The notes under the pieces: generated by a model
The model's database searches: none
What the model was told of the DNA's origin: nothing
The model's input: only the letters and a program-made list of their open reading frames with translations
Assembly: GCA_002633005.1 (NCBI GenBank)
Contig: NMRA01000068.1
Span: forward strand, 761,092 to 825,091
Direction of reading: 5' to 3'
From: Phoronis australis
Taxonomy: Eukaryota > Animalia > Phoronida
Length of the DNA stretch: 64,000 nucleotides
Program-made: the position numbers and the translations under genes
Part shown: in pieces, positions 27,062 to 39,659 of the stretch
How positions within the stretch are numbered: the first letter of the stretch is position 1
Layout: each line of letters starts with the position of its first letter

Positions 27062-28114
27062 GCCAATTTAAATCCCAACTTAGAGTTAAATGGTGACAGT
27101 GGGGGTATATTAAACAGCCGACAATGACCTCATTTCACAGAAGAATTGGTTGACGACTTATTAGTAGCAAATTTTTGTAATTTTATTGCGAACAGTAAAG
27201 GTTGTGATTGTTGTAAACTGTAGAAATGTGTTCGAATTTTAATTTTGAAAATTCAGTGCTATCGTTTCTAAAATTCACCCTCTTATTCTTCGTATACATG
27301 TGCGATTCCCAGCAAAAGTAGAATCCAGTAGCTAAGTTGGTTCCCACAGAAGGCCTGAATGAGTGGCAACCAAGTTTCTGCCAATCGGGGCGTTTTGGCC
27401 GAAGGGCGTGCTGACGTACGGACGACTTGTGTGCTTTACTGATCATCTTAGATATTTTCAATTTGAGCGCGGTTGGTTTTCGGCATGCTTGAGAGTCGAA
27501 GATTACTCTAAAAATTTTTAAATAACGTTGTTAGGACCGTGACGACGAAAACGTGTTTTGGTCGCCGAAAAGAGAAAAAAACGCTTTNGCCAATTTAAAT
27601 CCCAACTTAGAGTTAAATGGTGACAGTGGGGGTATATTAAACAGCCGACAATGACCTCATTTCACAGAAGAATTGGTTGACGACTTATTAGTAGCAAATT
27701 TTTGTAATTTTATTGCGAACAGTAAAGGTTGTGATTGTTGTAAACTGTAGAAATGTGTTCGAATTTTAATTTTGAAAATTCAGTGCTATCGTTTCTAAAA
27801 TTCACCCTCTTATTCTTCGTATACATGTGCGATTCCCAGCAAAAGTAGAATCCAGTAGCTAAGTTGGTTCCCACAGAAGGCCTGAATGAGTGGCAACCAA
27901 GTTTCTGCCAATCGGGGCGTTTTGGCCGACGGGCGTGCTGACGTACGGACGACTTATGTGCTTTACTGATCATCTTACATATTTTCAATTTGAGCGCGGT
28001 TGGTTTTCGGTATGCTTGAGAGTCGAAGATTACTCTAAAAAATTTTAAATAACGTCGTTAGGACCGTGACGACGAAAACTTGTTTTGGTCGCCGAAAAGA
28101 GAAAAAAACGCTTT
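27062..28114. repeat. 526-bp near-identical tandem duplication split by a single N (probable assembly overlap of two haplotypes)
   Basis: 27062-27587 and 27589-28114 differ by only a few substitutions; the N at 27588 lies exactly at the junction. Confidence 0.9.
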
Positions 28115-28529
28115 TGTTCGAAAACGTTGCTTTCCAGTAATTCTTATTCATGGGCGCACCCAGTTTGGCGAATTGGGCAAAAAGGTCCGTCTCAGTGAAA
28201 CAAAAATTCACACAATTCTCGGGCCTGAACCTATAGTGGCCCGTTTTTTGTTTTGTTTTTTATTAACGGTCCTCGTTGATTCCTTTCAGTAAAAGGTCCG
28301 CATACCGAAAAATTCGAGCCCCCCCCCCCCCCCTACATTTTAGGCTGGGTGTGGGCATGTTATTTTTCGGATATGGAAGTACACGCATGCCGATTTGTGT
28401 GCTCCTATATTTTTCCAAAATTGATCCTCCAGTTCTGAGTGCTTGCTACTTGCTGGCTAACGAGTTTGTGCGCCGGAATCACAACGCCGGAGAACTGATT
28501 ATGCTCACAGACAGGCCGCAGTCATAGCT

Positions 28530-29290
28530 CGATCAAATATCAGACTGGTGGGGAAGTAGCTAGCTCATTTTTGGGGATCGTTTTTGGGTTTCTGTTGGAC
28601 CCTGCCCAGCCAGAGTGCAAAGTGATTTGTCTCTCATGGCTCATTCGTGTCCAGTGCGGTAATACTGTTCGTTTTAATCAGTTTTAGCTGGCTTCGAATA
28701 TCTATAATCTAGCTCAGTTTTTCAATGGCTTACCGTGGTTGACATTTTTGAGTGTTTCTAGCTGCACAACCCGGGCAGAGTGCATTTTGTCAGTCATGGG
28801 GTATATAGTGATCAGTGCATGTATTGAATGACACGGAATTGTTTTTTGCGGTACCTCGAATGTACTGTGCTAGCTCATTTTTTTGTGGGGGTCCTTTCTT
28901 GGTATCTGTCGGATTCATTCCAAACCAGTGCAATTTGTCTGTCATGGGTCATTCGGTGTTCAGTGCGGTTTGAGCTGGTACTGACCTCGAATATCAAATC
29001 TGGCTCGATCAAATTTTCATACCGTGGTTGACATTTTTGGGGGTTTCTGACGGGCACAACCCGGGCAGAGTGCATTTTGTCCGTCATGGGCGTGACATGG
29101 AATTGTTTTTTGTGGTACCTACTTTAGCTCGAATGTATGTGCTAGCTCAATTTTGGGGGTCCTTTTGTGATTTCTGACGGACCCCTTCCAGAGTGCAATT
29201 TGTCTATCATCGGTCATGCGGTACTATTGTTCGTTTTAAATCAGTTTTGGCCGGTACCTCGAATATCTAGGCAAGCTCATTTTTTCACCC
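28530..29290. repeat. Degenerate complex tandem repeat (about three ~250-300 bp units)
   Basis: Recurrent tagctcatttttt, cagagtgca(a/t)tttgtc..tcatggg, accgtggttgacattttt and cacaacccgggcagagtgc blocks. Confidence 0.7.
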
Positions 29291-30859
29291 CTTGGAAGTT
29301 CCCCACAAGGGGTCGCACCCAGAGTGCAGACAACGGCAGACGTCCGTTTCCGATACTGAGGTAGACAGTTCTTAGTGCTTCTACGATTAGATGGCACCTC
29401 GTTCATCTGTACTAAGTGCTCTGGGCTGCCGTGTCGTGTAAACTATTAGTAGTGGAACGATGCCGTTCTGTATCAGGGGCCCCGCTGCGCTTACCCTAAT
29501 TGGTGCAAAGCTGTGCACTACATGATATACGCTGTATACAGTCAGCGTTGCGCCTATGTGGGTAAAAACTGATCAAGTAAAATATGACACAAAATTGGCG
29601 TAATTAAAAATGGCACCCTTCCATGAGTAACTAAATCATTTACCGGTGTTGAATAATTGGCGTTCTACCGTTCACTCTGCTGCTAAAATTGTGGTAAGCT
29701 CTACGGTCGGCTTTCGATGACGCCGTCACTAATTGAGTTTCGGTTTCCCGATTTTCCACTATCAACAGTATTTTTCTTCCACGAAGTTGCGTACATGTCA
29801 CAAAAAATATTGGAACTGGTTTTATTTCGTCAACCTTTTAGTATTTTAATTCCAGCACGCCGAATTTCAGAACAAATTTTGCTGCTGCCTGACATCATCT
29901 TTCGAGAGAGGACGAAATATAGTGGAGCGAGTCACAGCGAGCATACAGTTTTCAAAACGACAACTGACTTTTCTTTGTTATAAAGACGGAGAATTGCGCA
30001 CGAAAATAATGATTATTAGATTTTTCTTCACGTAACTGGCTGCAGCGGCAGGCCCGTAGCCAGGGGGTTTGGGGGGTTCGAGACCCGTCCCTCCCCCGCC
30101 CGCGGAAGAGGTTCAGCCCCAAGCCTATCCGTTAAACTTGAGATAGGATACAGATGGACAACCAACAACAAAAAATTGTTGCAGGTACTGGTACTACTGA
30201 CTACAACGGTAACTGAGTTGGTAATAATTTTGAATTCGTTTCTTATTGAAAGCCCTTCACGTAATCATCGGGCTGCGGTACCCGGCCAATTTCGCCCGAA
30301 TCCGGTGTTTGCGTGGATCGTACAGACGATTAGCAGACTGGCTTTATGTTACTCATCGGCATTGAACACGCGTGGTAGCTACACTGAAGGGAAACAAGGG
30401 GTTCTATAGAAGTAAATGCCTATACCTGGCCAGGCTAAGCTTTATAGCAGCGAGAGAGCTCCCAAAAAGTAACATGCGGTGTGAAAGCCTTAAAATCAAC
30501 CAAGAAACAGAACAGCAGAAAATAGGTTTGTTAGTATCTGATATTGCTTACTAACAAAGTACAGTACAGGGCAGGCATTTTTAAATTTGGAATTGAAAGT
30601 GTTCGTACATGTAGGCCTATTTGTTCATTCAGTGTCCACTTAGAGTTGTGGATTGGTAGATTGACATGCATGCGTGTACGCATGTGTGTGCGTTTCCGTC
30701 AACTGAATTCACTATAGGCAGCTCTCCGTCTTTGCTAAAAAACCAGACTTTTAACTATAACCCTGTTTTCTTGCACTGAGAAAACTCCGGTCGACGAGCA
30801 AATTAACTGACATTTTTGTGGAAAGCAGGTCTAAATCTAACAAAAACTCAGAAGTCGAT

Positions 30860-30993
30860 TTCGCATTAAATCTAGGTTCCCATTCACACATTTTTGTGCG
30901 ATGCTCGATTGTCAGCCAGTGAAGCCAGGATTCGAACCCAGGTCTCCCAACTTAACACTTAGAGTACGGTCCTCAAACCACTGAGCCACACAG
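30860..30993 (-). mobile_element. tRNA-derived SINE
   Basis: Minus strand has A-box TGGCTCAGTGG and B-box GGTTCGAATCC, followed by a non-tRNA body (gtgtgaatgggaacct). No intact cloverleaf. Confidence 0.7.
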
Positions 30994-31914
30994 TTCATTA
31001 CTGATTGTCTGCTAATGAGTCGGAACTGACGTGAATAAACATGTGCGCCCGCGCGGTGAGCCTTAAAAACTGGGGGGCCCGAATTTTGAGAATGTGGACC
31101 TTTTACTAAGATTCACGGGGTACGTTCAGAGTTATGAATTGTGCATTCGCCGACTTATGGTAGTTCCTGCTTTTTAGTGGACTTTTGTATCGTTTTCTAC
31201 TTTTTTCGGAGTTTTTGTTTCTCTGAGGCGGACATTTTTGCCTACTTCGCCAAATCATGTGCCCCCAGGGGGAGGGGGGCTCGTTCGTCCTCCCCGAGCT
31301 CCCCTGCCCCTGGGGGTACATGATAAAGTATTGTATTTGTGTCCATTTAGTAACCATTTAAAGGGTGTGCAAATGTTGAATAGTTCTTAGTGCATCTAGT
31401 TACACTGTTTACAAATGAGCTCAGTTCCAATCACTGCCAATCGTGATTCTTAAATCTAACGACTCATTCTCAAGCAGGGACAACATCTGGGGCACGGGTC
31501 ATATCAGGGCTGCGGCGACCAACGGTTTTCAATTCAAGGAGACTGAATGGGGCTCTGACTTCGTGAAGACTGGCAGGGAAAGGGCTGTGCACGTGGTTCC
31601 TGTGGATGAGGTTCATGCGCTACGGCCCTAAACTTTTCAATTGCGCTATGAAATGATGGAATTGATGAATGTATGGTGATTGATAAATCATCAAGATTCC
31701 TACTTCATATTTTTTAAAATACAATAATGTACTTATTTTTCTGTGTTCATAAGACATGTGGGCAATTTCGCATGCGCCATGAAATCCAAACAAAGTTTTT
31801 TTAGTACCCGGGCGTTGTTTTCGATATAGGTACACCACTCCAGTGCATATAATAACCGAAGTATCGTTCATTTTTAGATCTAAAAGTATGAAAATAACAC
31901 ACACGAGTTGGATT

Positions 31915-32530
31915 GTTTTTTCAGGTTTTTATTATCGTAGATAAAAAAGTACAAAAACAAAGAAACTAATAAGTACATCCACTCATTCACGCATGCACAC
32001 CTCAGGAGAGACCCTTCTCGAATCTCGTATAAACAACTGGTACATGGAGTTAACACGAACAACAAAATTTTCCCATTTCCCAGAGAAGCTGTCATATATA
32101 GTATTGTAGTACTCATAAGTATATGTAACACCTCTCCTTGTAAATGTACTGTTTGACTAGTAATAGCAAAATGCTAAATAGAAAATCATGTGTCTTATTA
32201 AGTCCAAGAATAACACGTTTGTAAGAGAGACAGTTGGGAAGCTGAATGAGACACTTTTAAAATAGTTTTCTGAATTCCTTCCAAAAATATTGTACAGGGC
32301 GACATTGCCAAAACAGCATCTTTGGAGCTTTATCACAAAAGGAACATAAATCAGAATCCCGAACTTGGATTTTGACTAAAAAAGTATTATTTGCAATAAT
32401 ACTGACTGATATTCTAAACTGGAACCACCTAATGTTGGGATCCTTAGTAATTTCATAAGGCAATGCCTATATTTTCTTCCAATCTAAACTATGTCCTAAC
32501 TCTATTTTCCATTTACACTCTGACTTAGAA
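31915..32530 (-). mobile_element. 3' fragment of a Tx1/L1-group LINE (zf-RVT region)
   Basis: KWKIELGHSLDWKKI*ALPYEITKDPNIRWFQFRI...NNTFLVKIQVRDSDLCSFC..LFWQC.PVQYFW, then an AT-rich 3' UTR with AATAAA. Confidence 0.8.
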
Positions 32531-32681
32531 GGTTTCGTTAAAGAGAGAACAAATATGCCTACAACCGTTCACACCTTTCCGTAAGTAATTGCTAAAGGCA
32601 TGCAAGGAGAAAAGACATCAACACTTTAAATTTACGACTTTTTTGAAAACTTCATAGAACAGAAACAACACCATTATACTC

Positions 32682-33774
32682 CAGTGGCGGATCTAGGATA
32701 TCACAAGGGGAGGGGCAACATTTTGTCTGTAAACATTTGCACAAAGCACGATTGTAGATGCGCATAGCACCGAATGGGGAGGTCGGGAGGGGGGGGGTTT
32801 GCCCCTTCCCGCCCAAGAAAACTTTTCTGTTTTTTCCTCTAAAAATCAAGCATTTTCCTTGATTCCTGAAGTACTATCCAAGAAAAAAAGCAAAGAACAA
32901 AAAACACGGATAACGTGTCAAACTTGAAAAACTGCATTTACCACAGACTCGAACTCACGACCTGGCGTACACAGCGCGCGTACTTTACCACTGCACCACC
33001 ACAATTTCACTCGTGTTTGATTACTAAAAGATCTACTTGTTTATGGTCCACAGCGTTTGCTCGCGAAACCTACTTCTTTTTGTAATGCTTATTACACTTT
33101 TGTAATTTGTGCAATCAGTTCGTAACAAATTTGTTGTATTTAAAGTAGTCTTCAATTGTCCAAAAGACCAAATCCGTTTTTTGTGTTGGCATTAATGACG
33201 CGATTGCTTTGGATCATCTTAAGTTAAGGTTTGATAAAGAAAGAATTATGAGTTTCTGAGTAATTCACTAAGGCTTCGATTAAAATTCACATCTTACCAG
33301 CAGCTTCTATTTTTTCATCGTCACCCAGATTCCATTTTCTTTAAAAGATGAAGTAATTTTCTTCATTGCACAGTGAAGCAGACGACGGAAACAGAGTCGT
33401 AGTGCGCAGCGCGCATGTCGCCTGGGATATCGCGGGAGAGCCTATGGCTTAGCCATAGTTCCGTTACGATTGCGCCGTGTTCCGAATTTGACACTTGAAA
33501 CAAGATCTGAGCACCCNNNNNNNNNNNNNNNNNNNNNNNNNNNNNNNNNNNNNNNNNNNNNNNNNNNNNNNNNNNNNNNNNNNNNNNNNNNNNNNNNNNN
33601 NCCCCCCAAACACACTAAAACTTCACACATTTAAATCTTACTTCAGCCGTATAGTGTTAATTACCGGAGTTAATTAATAAACTCAACATTTCCCTACGCT
33701 CTTGCTGTTTTAATGTCTGAGGCAGCCAAGGGAGCGGGGGGCCCGGGCCCCCTCCCCCCCTAAATCCGCCTATG
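32682..33774. mobile_element. hAT5-like non-autonomous element with 5-bp TSD (spans an N gap)
   Basis: TIRs cagtggcggatctagg and cctaaatccgcctatg; TACTC direct repeat at 32677-32681 and 33775-33779. Confidence 0.8.
32936..33002 (-). mobile_element. tRNA-like (SINE head) sequence inside the hAT5-like element
   Basis: Minus strand has GGTGCAGTGGTAAAG A-box and GAGTTCGAGTC B-box; anticodon arm and acceptor stem are degenerate. Confidence 0.6.
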
Positions 33775-34326
33775 TACTCATTTATCATATGGTCTAAACT
33801 AACAAAATCGCCATCAGAGGTATACATATCTCAGATAAATCTTAAGCCTTTTACAAACCAAGACGTATAAAAACACTTCTGTCTCCGATCCCAAGTTACT
33901 ATTAAACCACAAAGATTGACTCAAAAAGTCTTCTTTACTCGCAATTATTTTCTTATAAAAAGATATCATACTTCCAAATACGTCGCGCTAGTAGGTATTA
34001 TCAATCAGAGTTAACTTCGACGTAATAAAGCCACCTCCAAATGAAGCAAAAATTTTTAAGAAGGGGTAGTGTGAGTATGGTAATTGACCATTTTTAGACG
34101 CAGCGCTTTCAAGATATCTTCGGGCCACGGCGAGTTTTAAAGCTTTGCTAAAAGTATGTATATTAACCATTCTAAACAGACCGTAGTTCGTTTAATTTTA
34201 TCATTACCAGCCTGCCGAGTTGAAAATTCTTGATATTTTCACAGTAGTGAACCTTCGAAGTCGTGAATCTTCGGAATGGTGAACCAAATGGTAAGTTGTG
34301 AGCTGTTCCCATTTCCAACGATGTAA

Positions 34327-34473
34327 CATGGGCGGCGCAGCACTTAAAAAAGTGGGGCTATAGCCCCAAGCCCTCCCTCTGTGTTGCACCGCCCACAGAC
34401 CATGGGTGGCGGAGCACAGAAAAAGTGGGGAGCTATAGCCCCCCCTCCAGTCCCCTATGGTGCGCCGCCCATG
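34327..34473. mobile_element. hAT5-like MITE with 5-bp TSD
   Basis: Perfect 13-bp TIRs catgggcggcgca/tgcgccgcccatg; TGTAA on both flanks. Related decayed copies at ~45729-45800 and ~51884-52037. Confidence 0.8.
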
Positions 34474-34768
34474 TGTAAGCAACTGAAGTAATACTCGAAA
34501 TATAACTAGATAAAAATTTCGTCAAGTCATTCTCCGACAAAATTTTCTGTCCGAGTAGGTGTTATAACTCATTTGAGCACGTCTGATTTGAAAGTTTGAC
34601 AGGAATTTGAGTCCACTCCCGTTCTTCGCGAGTAATCGTCACGACATCTTCATCTCTGGTATTACTAATTCCGTCTCATCTCAAAAACATAGAGCTGAGA
34701 ATCATCGTTGTGCATACAGATTTCCCTCCCCCTAATTAAGCTGCGTCAACTGAAGGTCTTACTGAAAA

Positions 34769-34921
34769 CAGGGGCGGATCCAGTATTTTGAGTTGGGGGA
34801 CAGGGCATAGTATTTGCCAGGATTTTGCCCGTCAGACATTCCCATCCCCGAACTCAAAAATGGAATTAGGGAGAATTTTAGGGGGCATGGCCCCCTTGTT
34901 CCTCCTTTAAATCCGCCACTG
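34769..34921. mobile_element. hAT5-like MITE with 5-bp TSD
   Basis: TIRs caggggcggat and atccgccactg; GAAAA on both flanks. Confidence 0.8.
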
Positions 34922-35815
34922 GAAAACTCCAGTGTCGAGCCACCCCCGTACATTGCTAGCTACGGGCCTGGTCGGGCAAGGTGAGTGTCGGTTGACACCC
35001 AGATTTTTCATGCGCGACCACCGGTTTATAGCTTTACATGTTGATACAATTAAGTTTCACGACAAGGTGATGAGCACAGCTACCCGGGTTGTCTAACAGA
35101 GCTCAACACACAGTGGGTACCTAGCTGTATTTTGTCGTATTGCATCACAATAATTACCGTACTTGCAAAAACATCAACAAAAATTAAGTTTTCCTAAAAT
35201 AAATTGTAAATGATGTTTTCCTCAAAATTGGTTTATATCCAGAAAAAGTTGTTCTTATTCAAGTTAAATCTTTACTACAGGATCAGACCCAGTTGCCGCC
35301 CCAATAGCCCCATAGTGAACCCTGCAATGTTGATTACTGTAAAGTTTTTTGTCGAAATATTTTAAATATTATCAGGAGAACAAAATTAGATTGGTTGCAC
35401 TCTGTGCAACCTTGAGCATTTTTTGCAATTCAAGATGGCGGATGCGGTCATTTTGAATTTCGGCCCACTTTGTTTTTCAACATGATGACTAACACTCGTG
35501 TAATACATTGTCAGTACCATTTTCTGTGAACGGGACTCCAGTTCTGGTGTTGTTTTATTGATGCAAGGTAATTTTCAAGGTCAAAATAGAGGTCAAAGTT
35601 CAAAACTGCCTTACAGCCTTCTGGTATTCAGTTTCTATTTTTTCACTTTCTTCAATAAATACTTCAAGATATATTTTCAAAATGCAGATTTTTGCATATC
35701 ATGGTGTGCCAAATGTTATGCTCATGAGTTTTATGAGAGTTGTATTGGCACACTAGAAATAGCATCTGACGTGGAAAAGCTCAGCAGTTGCTGGGGCGTC
35801 CAGTATGTTTAGCGC

Positions 35816-36432
35816 CCACTACTCCAGAAAAACACTACTCCGCAAAAAAATCACTACTCCGAAGGACCACCACTCTGAAGAAACCCACGCCTCCTCATTT
35901 TGTAACATTACAGAGGCGGATCTACAGGGGGGTTCAGGGGCTTCAACCCCCCTCGGGACAGGATAAAAAATAATAAAAATTGAAAAAATTTCGCCATAAA
36001 AACGAAATCAGCAACTAAAAACCACAAAAAAATTTACACTAGAGGGGGGAAGCCCCTTCCCGACCTTCCTTCCGCTCGGCGCTATGCGCCTCGGATTCGC
36101 TNACCCCCCCCCCCCCCCCTTACTGAAAACATTAATATGATGCATTTTCTTTTGGTCAAGCGAACTTTAAAGAAGATACAACAGTCAAAGACAGTAGAAA
36201 CGGCAGAAACAAGTCACTGAACTTCATTGTCTAAATTTTATTTTTGCGTGGGTATTTTGCTAGTAAGTAACACATTAATAACCCATTCGCGAAATTGGGG
36301 AAATTTAGGAAGATTGAGTAAAAAATATAAAAAAATAATAGTGACGTCTTTGTCGGAGTAGTGAGCCTTCGTAGTAGCCGCTTTTTTCGTAGAAGTGGGC
36401 TTTCGGACTAGTGGTCCTTCAATAAAGTGACC
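35816..36432. mobile_element. Foldback-type MITE whose arms are arrays of ~16-bp cactactccgaa subrepeats; contains a nested cagaggcggatc element (35911-36129)
   Basis: About five cactactcc-type units at 35816-35890 and inverted ggagtagtg/cgtagtag/ggactagtgg units at 36353-36432. Confidence 0.7.
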
Positions 36433-37499
36433 CGTTACTCTTCAGTTTGGTCAACGGAAAGGCTGAGACTGGTGCTCTGTAGGTATACAATCTCATCACA
36501 GTCATGGTGTTACTCAATTTCTATTCATGGGGACAAGTCTTATGAAGAGCTGATGGTTTACCTGTTTATAACCACCCGAATCGGTACGTTGCCTTTTTAA
36601 GTCAGCACTGCTGTCTCTCGTTTCTGCCTTTCTACGGCAAGCCACGTTTTTACATATTACGTCGCTGAGTGACGTAAGACTTAATTACCAACACGCGAAA
36701 CTCCTCTGGTTAAAAACAGAAAGTGACGGAAGAACATGATCTAAAATAGCGGATTGTGAGCGTGCTATCTATCGTTGTCACGGAAATAGTTCCACGAGCG
36801 GCTACCAATGGCCTGTTCTACCATGGTTCTATTAAACTTAGGGAGAGAGTACACGTAACTTCACACTTTTTATTTTTCCTTGCTTTCTGTCGCATATACT
36901 CGTTTACAATCTTCTACATGTAATTTTTTATAAACAGATTGTTTTTTTTTTCAAAACTGTATTTACTGAAATCTACCATTCACCGAAGAGCAGACGAAAC
37001 CATTACACTCTGCCACGAACGAGACGATTTGTAACGTTAGTAAATCTTCGATTTGATTTGGTACCGTTGTTTTTTTTGGCCTTCAAAGTTGCCGAATCGA
37101 TTCTCTTAACTGCAAAAAAAAACAGGGAAAAGACAGACGACCTCACGGTCAGACTCGTTGGTCCTGCAAATCAGCGGTTGTTCTATGAATAGATACATGT
37201 AAAGTCGAGCTTGTGTAGACTTGGTCGAGGGTGTTGTGGGCTGTGGTAGTCGTGGGTCAAGGGGGTCGTGGGTCAAGGGGGTCCTTCAACAACCCTGTCT
37301 CAAGATGTTGACATTTTTCTTCGTAGCAAGTCACCATACTTGTGTACAGTACTTGTGCTGGTGTAACAGTTTTCAAAATAAACCGAACAACGTGTAAAGG
37401 CTCTTTTCGACTATAATCAGAGAGCGTCTCCATGTACGCTGTCGTAATTTCCACAGTTTGCACATAAATCCATTCATAAGCAAGCATTAAGCGGCAAGG

Positions 37500-38760
37500 C
37501 TCGCTATCTTACTAAGGTGCAAAACCTTTCTGGCAAGAAGTTGATCCCAAGTTTAGCAGTCTGGCAGAGTTCTTTCGAAGTTTATTTTGAAGTTTATTGT
37601 GAGTGGAGTACCTTCCCGATAATGCCAAGAAAGTTCTACTCGAAGTTGCGCACAGCTGTTGACACTTGGATGACAAGATTGCAGAATCAGCTGACCAATT
37701 CGCAGAATAGACATGCGGTGGGCGTGTCAAATGAAAAAAGGTTCTGGGATTAAAAAGGACATTTTAATGAGAGCTAGTCGAACAAGTGGGCTTGTGAGTG
37801 AAGGGTTTCAGAGGGTATGCCCACCTTGATACTGCCATAGAAAACATATGTATCATGTGGAATGGTGAAGAGCAGAAGTTACGCTGTGCAGTGACAGAAA
37901 AAGACTAAGCACAAGAAGGAAGGAGTGGACCTGGATGAGGATGACTAGAGAAAGATTGCTGAGGATATAAAGAAGCACATACATCCGCTCACTGATCAGC
38001 AGCCATGTCTCCATAACAGTTTGCAATTGCCGAGTAGTTACCCATTGTTCAGAACGTGCTGGTCATTGGGCATCAGCAAAGCAGTCACTGTTTAGTTTCG
38101 GTAAGCAGTGAATGTAACACAGAAATTAAGAAAAACTCAGTTGCTGAAGAAGATTGTTCCTCTCAAGGGAAGGTCATCTATGGCATTGAGACGCTGTTCA
38201 GTTGCCTTTAGTCGTAGGACAGCAATGTAACATTAACGTAGCTGATGCCCTTCCGTATGAACTTAACGAGTCCACTACCCGAAGCTCTGATCTGAGGAAG
38301 GTCAACAAAGCCATTTTGGTCACATCTCGCTGCGTATGTCCCAAATCAGGTCGTTTGGACTACAGGAGATTTAGGTAAATTATCCGCTTGAAAGATATAT
38401 ATGACCACAAAGATCCCTACACAAAGACCATGAAGGAAAGTTGCAGAAGCCCTGATAACCACAAACATCCCTCTTTTGCAGAGAATCTATTCTAAATAAC
38501 GCTAAGTTAAACAACCTTCTGTTACAGTATGCAGCTATCCCCTTTTAGTAGTTGCACACGGTGAAGCAGACGTTGTATAGGTAAATGTTGAAAGTGGTGG
38601 AAGAAGGCACCCACACCATCAGAATTCCTAGTTACACCACTGACGCTTCTGTTCTCTTGGTTTATGGGACATCGTAGATGCCAGTTGACGCCACCATTCA
38701 AAAGGAGATTAAGTGGAATGGCAGTATTTCGGACAGTGGAACAGTTCAGAGATTTGGCCT
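37500..38760 (+). pseudogene. Heavily decayed DNA-transposon transposase (Academ-like)
   Basis: Ordered relic motifs SADQFAE*T, DEDD*RKIAEDIKKHIHPL, VVGQQCNINVADALPYELN, LRKVNKAILV, KDHE, VAHGEADV and SYTTDASVLLVYG resemble the YEL/LRK..K/KDHER/HEEAD/SDDTDV series. Superfamily call is from recall. Confidence 0.6.
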
Positions 38761-39659
38761 CAGCAATTAAGTGCAGTCTATATGAGAGGTCAGAAGACGT
38801 GAAGTTACTGGACAGAGAAAATTTCTAGCTTTGAACGACGGAGCGGGTTAGTCAGTGACTCGTGGTCCATTGCCTTGAAGCTGTGGTGTACGAACACCGA
38901 CAGATGGGGTCGAAATAATTTTTCGCGGTAACCAGTCGGTCATCAATCCCCAGTAGGAGACATGCGGCTCCGCAATGTCGGAAATTTACTTTATAGTAAG
39001 TTCCAGAAGTCACAGTTCATGAGTTTTCACCCGGTTGGATAATAATGCCCATCGTGTAGTCTACGTATATCTAACCTGTACGGAGTACATGTATGTGGGC
39101 GCATAAAATGATTTAGACAGTGTGACGAGTCACCGAGGCAGCAGCTGGAAAACGTGAATGGGTGTAGTTTTACAAGTGACCAAAATGATTATCTGAGGGA
39201 ACCCAACGCAGGACAAGTGTGGCGAGCTACACTGCGGAACTTTTAAACGAAAGGAATTAGTGGCCTAACTTGACGTGGGGCGTACGAAGAGCACTGTAAG
39301 CTATAAACTCTGGAATCTAGGCTGCCCAGCATAGACGTTGAGTTGCGCCTTTCATAGCCTCGAGTCAAAAGTGTCATGTTTTGGAGTTCAGGCAGTGGAC
39401 GCCGGACACCGGACGGACGCTGCCCGGACGGACGCTGCCTGGACGGACGGAGATGACGGCATAATGCATCCACATATAAATATGTGGGCACATAAAAATT
39501 GTACATCTTCTGATATCCTTGCCACAGCCTTCGAAACATATTCTAGAAAAACTGAACTCGATGTTTTTTAAATTCTTCTAGCACGGTCGAAGTGACAAAA
39601 TTAAGCGCTCCAAAGATGTTTTAACGAAGGAGGTATTAGAATGATTATCATATTGTCAT

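Larger units (their letters stand above)
30049..34970. mobile_element. 4.9-kb TIR element (hAT5-like) containing multiple nested insertions
   Basis: TIRs caggcccgtagc (30049) and gctacgggcctg (34959-34970); flanks agcgg/gtcgg. The left and right flanks are contiguous in the paralogous repeat at ~47900-48000. Confidence 0.75.

Noticed and set aside
27062-28114. Duplicated 92-aa ORFs / tandem duplication at the glypican promoter
   Set aside because: The copies are nearly identical and joined by a single N, typical of unmerged contig overlap between haplotypes; the ORFs resemble no protein I know.
30920-33002. Functional tRNA genes
   Set aside because: A and B boxes are present but acceptor and anticodon stems are not intact; these are SINE-like relics within repeats.
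39398-39500. GC-rich ORFs with TDAA / QRPSG repeats
   Set aside because: They arise from (GGAC)n simple repeats typical of non-autonomous repeat tails, not from coding sequence.
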